NCBI GenBank assembly: GCA_018646825.1
Contig: JABGUA010000053.1
Location: 1-39,055, forward strand
Length of the DNA: 39,055 nucleotides
Source: Piscirickettsiaceae bacterium
GTDB lineage: Bacteria; Pseudomonadota; Gammaproteobacteria; Nitrosococcales; Methylophagaceae
Direction: 5' to 3'
The position numbers and the translations under genes were made by a program. Below, in pieces: positions 38,176 to 39,055 of this stretch. Every line of letters begins with the position of its first letter. Positions within the stretch are counted from its first letter, which is position 1. The notes beneath the pieces were generated by a model. It was not told the DNA's origin. It was given only the letters and a program-made list of their open reading frames with translations, and did no database searches.

Positions 38176-38187
38176 ACAAAAGCGGTC

Positions 38188-39055
38188 TCATGATGATGTG
38201 TGCTCTTGTACGTAGTTGGCAAGATATTGTGCTGAAATATCAGTAGAATTCAACCCTTTGTTCGTATCTAGCAGTTTTCCAGTCATTTCTTTCCCTAACT
38301 CTACGCCCCACTGATCAAAGGAGTTTATATTCCATATACTGCCCTGGATAAAGGTTTTATGCTCATAAAGCGCTATTAACGCACCAAAACTTGAGGGCGT
38401 CAGCTCATCAATTAAAAGCATATTGGATGGACTGTTGCCTGGCTGTCTCTGATGCATAGGTAGTTCTTCATTTGACCTTCCTATCATTAATGCAGATGAC
38501 TGGGCAATGAGGTTACCTAATAGGAAATCATGATGTTTTTTATTGCTCGTTTTATCGTTAATAAAGCCAATAAAATTTACAGGTATAAAATGGCTGCCTT
38601 GGTGCAATAGTTGGAAAAATGCATGCTGTGCGTCTGATCCCGTCTTGCCCCATATTATTGGGCTTGTTGCATACTCTAATGATTCGTTATTAAGGGAGAC
38701 AGATTTTCCATTACTCTCCATTTCAAGCTGTTGAAGATATTCTGGAAACAGTGATAAACGCTCGCAGTAGGGGATAACTGCACACGTATGCGCATCTAGA
38801 AAATTGTTATTCCAGATACCTATTAGTGCGAGCATAACAGGCAAATTATGCTCGTAGGGGGCGGTATTGAAATGGATATCCATTTCACGTGCACCGTCTA
38901 GCATATGAGTGAAATTATCATGCCCTATATAAATAGACACTGATAACCCAACGCTAGACCATAAAGAGAATCGTCCGCCTACCCATTCCTCAAATTCAAG
39001 AGTTCTTGAGGGGTCAATGCCATATGATGCGGCTTTTTGTTTGTTCGCTGTTACA
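38188..39055 (-). CDS. pgi: Glucose-6-phosphate isomerase, N-terminus beyond window edge
   Basis: The frame is open to base 39054: ...EEWVGGRFSLWSSVGLSVSIYIGHDNF..., then QLEMESNGKSV and DQWGVELGK motifs. Confidence 0.9.
   Translation of the reverse strand, partial: VTANKQKAASYGIDPSRTLEFEEWVGGRFSLWSSVGLSVSIYIGHDNFTHMLDGAREMDIHFNTAPYEHNLPVMLALIGIWNNNFLDAHTCAVIPYCERLSLFPEYLQQLEMESNGKSVSLNNESLEYATSPIIWGKTGSDAQHAFFQLLHQGSHFIPVNFIGFINDKTSNKKHHDFLLGNLIAQSSALMIGRSNEELPMHQRQPGNSPSNMLLIDELTPSSFGALIALYEHKTFIQGSIWNINSFDQWGVELGKEMTGKLLDTNKGLNSTDISAQYLANYVQEHTSS

Noticed and set aside
38176-38187. Looked for a terminator between the convergent SDR gene and pgi, and also between 7190 and 7244.
   Set aside because: The 12-nt and 53-nt gaps contain no stem-loop that I can fold by eye, so no terminator feature is claimed.
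1-39055. Scan for mobile-element genes, tRNA/rRNA, CRISPR repeats, toxin-antitoxin or defence-type genes (nucleases, helicases, methylase-restriction pairs).
   Set aside because: None found. Every substantial ORF is explained by sugar-nucleotide synthesis, glycosyl transfer, methylation, amidation or export. The methyltransferases have small-molecule/sugar-type architecture (TylF and class I domains without DNA-MTase motifs such as DPPY or PCQ).

Overview
The window is almost entirely one large (about 36 kb) Gram-negative surface-polysaccharide (O-antigen/EPS-type) biosynthesis locus. It lies between a 5'-truncated RND/MMPL exporter gene at the left edge and a convergent, partial pgi at the right edge. 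The locus is a mosaic of two parts.
(1) A block of about 20.4 kb (about 2.1-22.6 kb) carries rfbBDAC plus a dead wzm fragment and a GT2 on the + strand. These converge on a long, tightly coupled minus-strand operon: AsnB-like amidotransferase, SAM methyltransferase, two-domain GT4, wzm, wzt, DegT aminotransferase, radical SAM/SPASM-like enzyme, methyltransferase, WbqC, GT-B-like protein, methyltransferase, GT4. The block is bracketed by a direct repeat of about 145 bp of the galU promoter and 5' end.
(2) A plus-strand operon runs galU, ugd, uronate 4-epimerase, WbpO/TviB-like dehydrogenase, MurJ-like flippase, three methyltransferases interleaved with GT4s, a second AsnB-like gene, GT4, and an SDR.
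The junctions hold several gene relics: galU', wzm', rfbB', an in-frame ugd'::epimerase' fusion, and a manC cupin fragment. I found no tRNA/rRNA, CRISPR array, transposase, integrase or recognisable defence system.
The most unusual content is the aminotransferase / radical-SAM / methyltransferase / WbqC tailoring cassette coupled to wzm-wzt. Also unusual are the very high methyltransferase density and the structural scars showing how two polysaccharide modules were joined head to head. All homology calls come from reading motifs by eye; no database search was possible.
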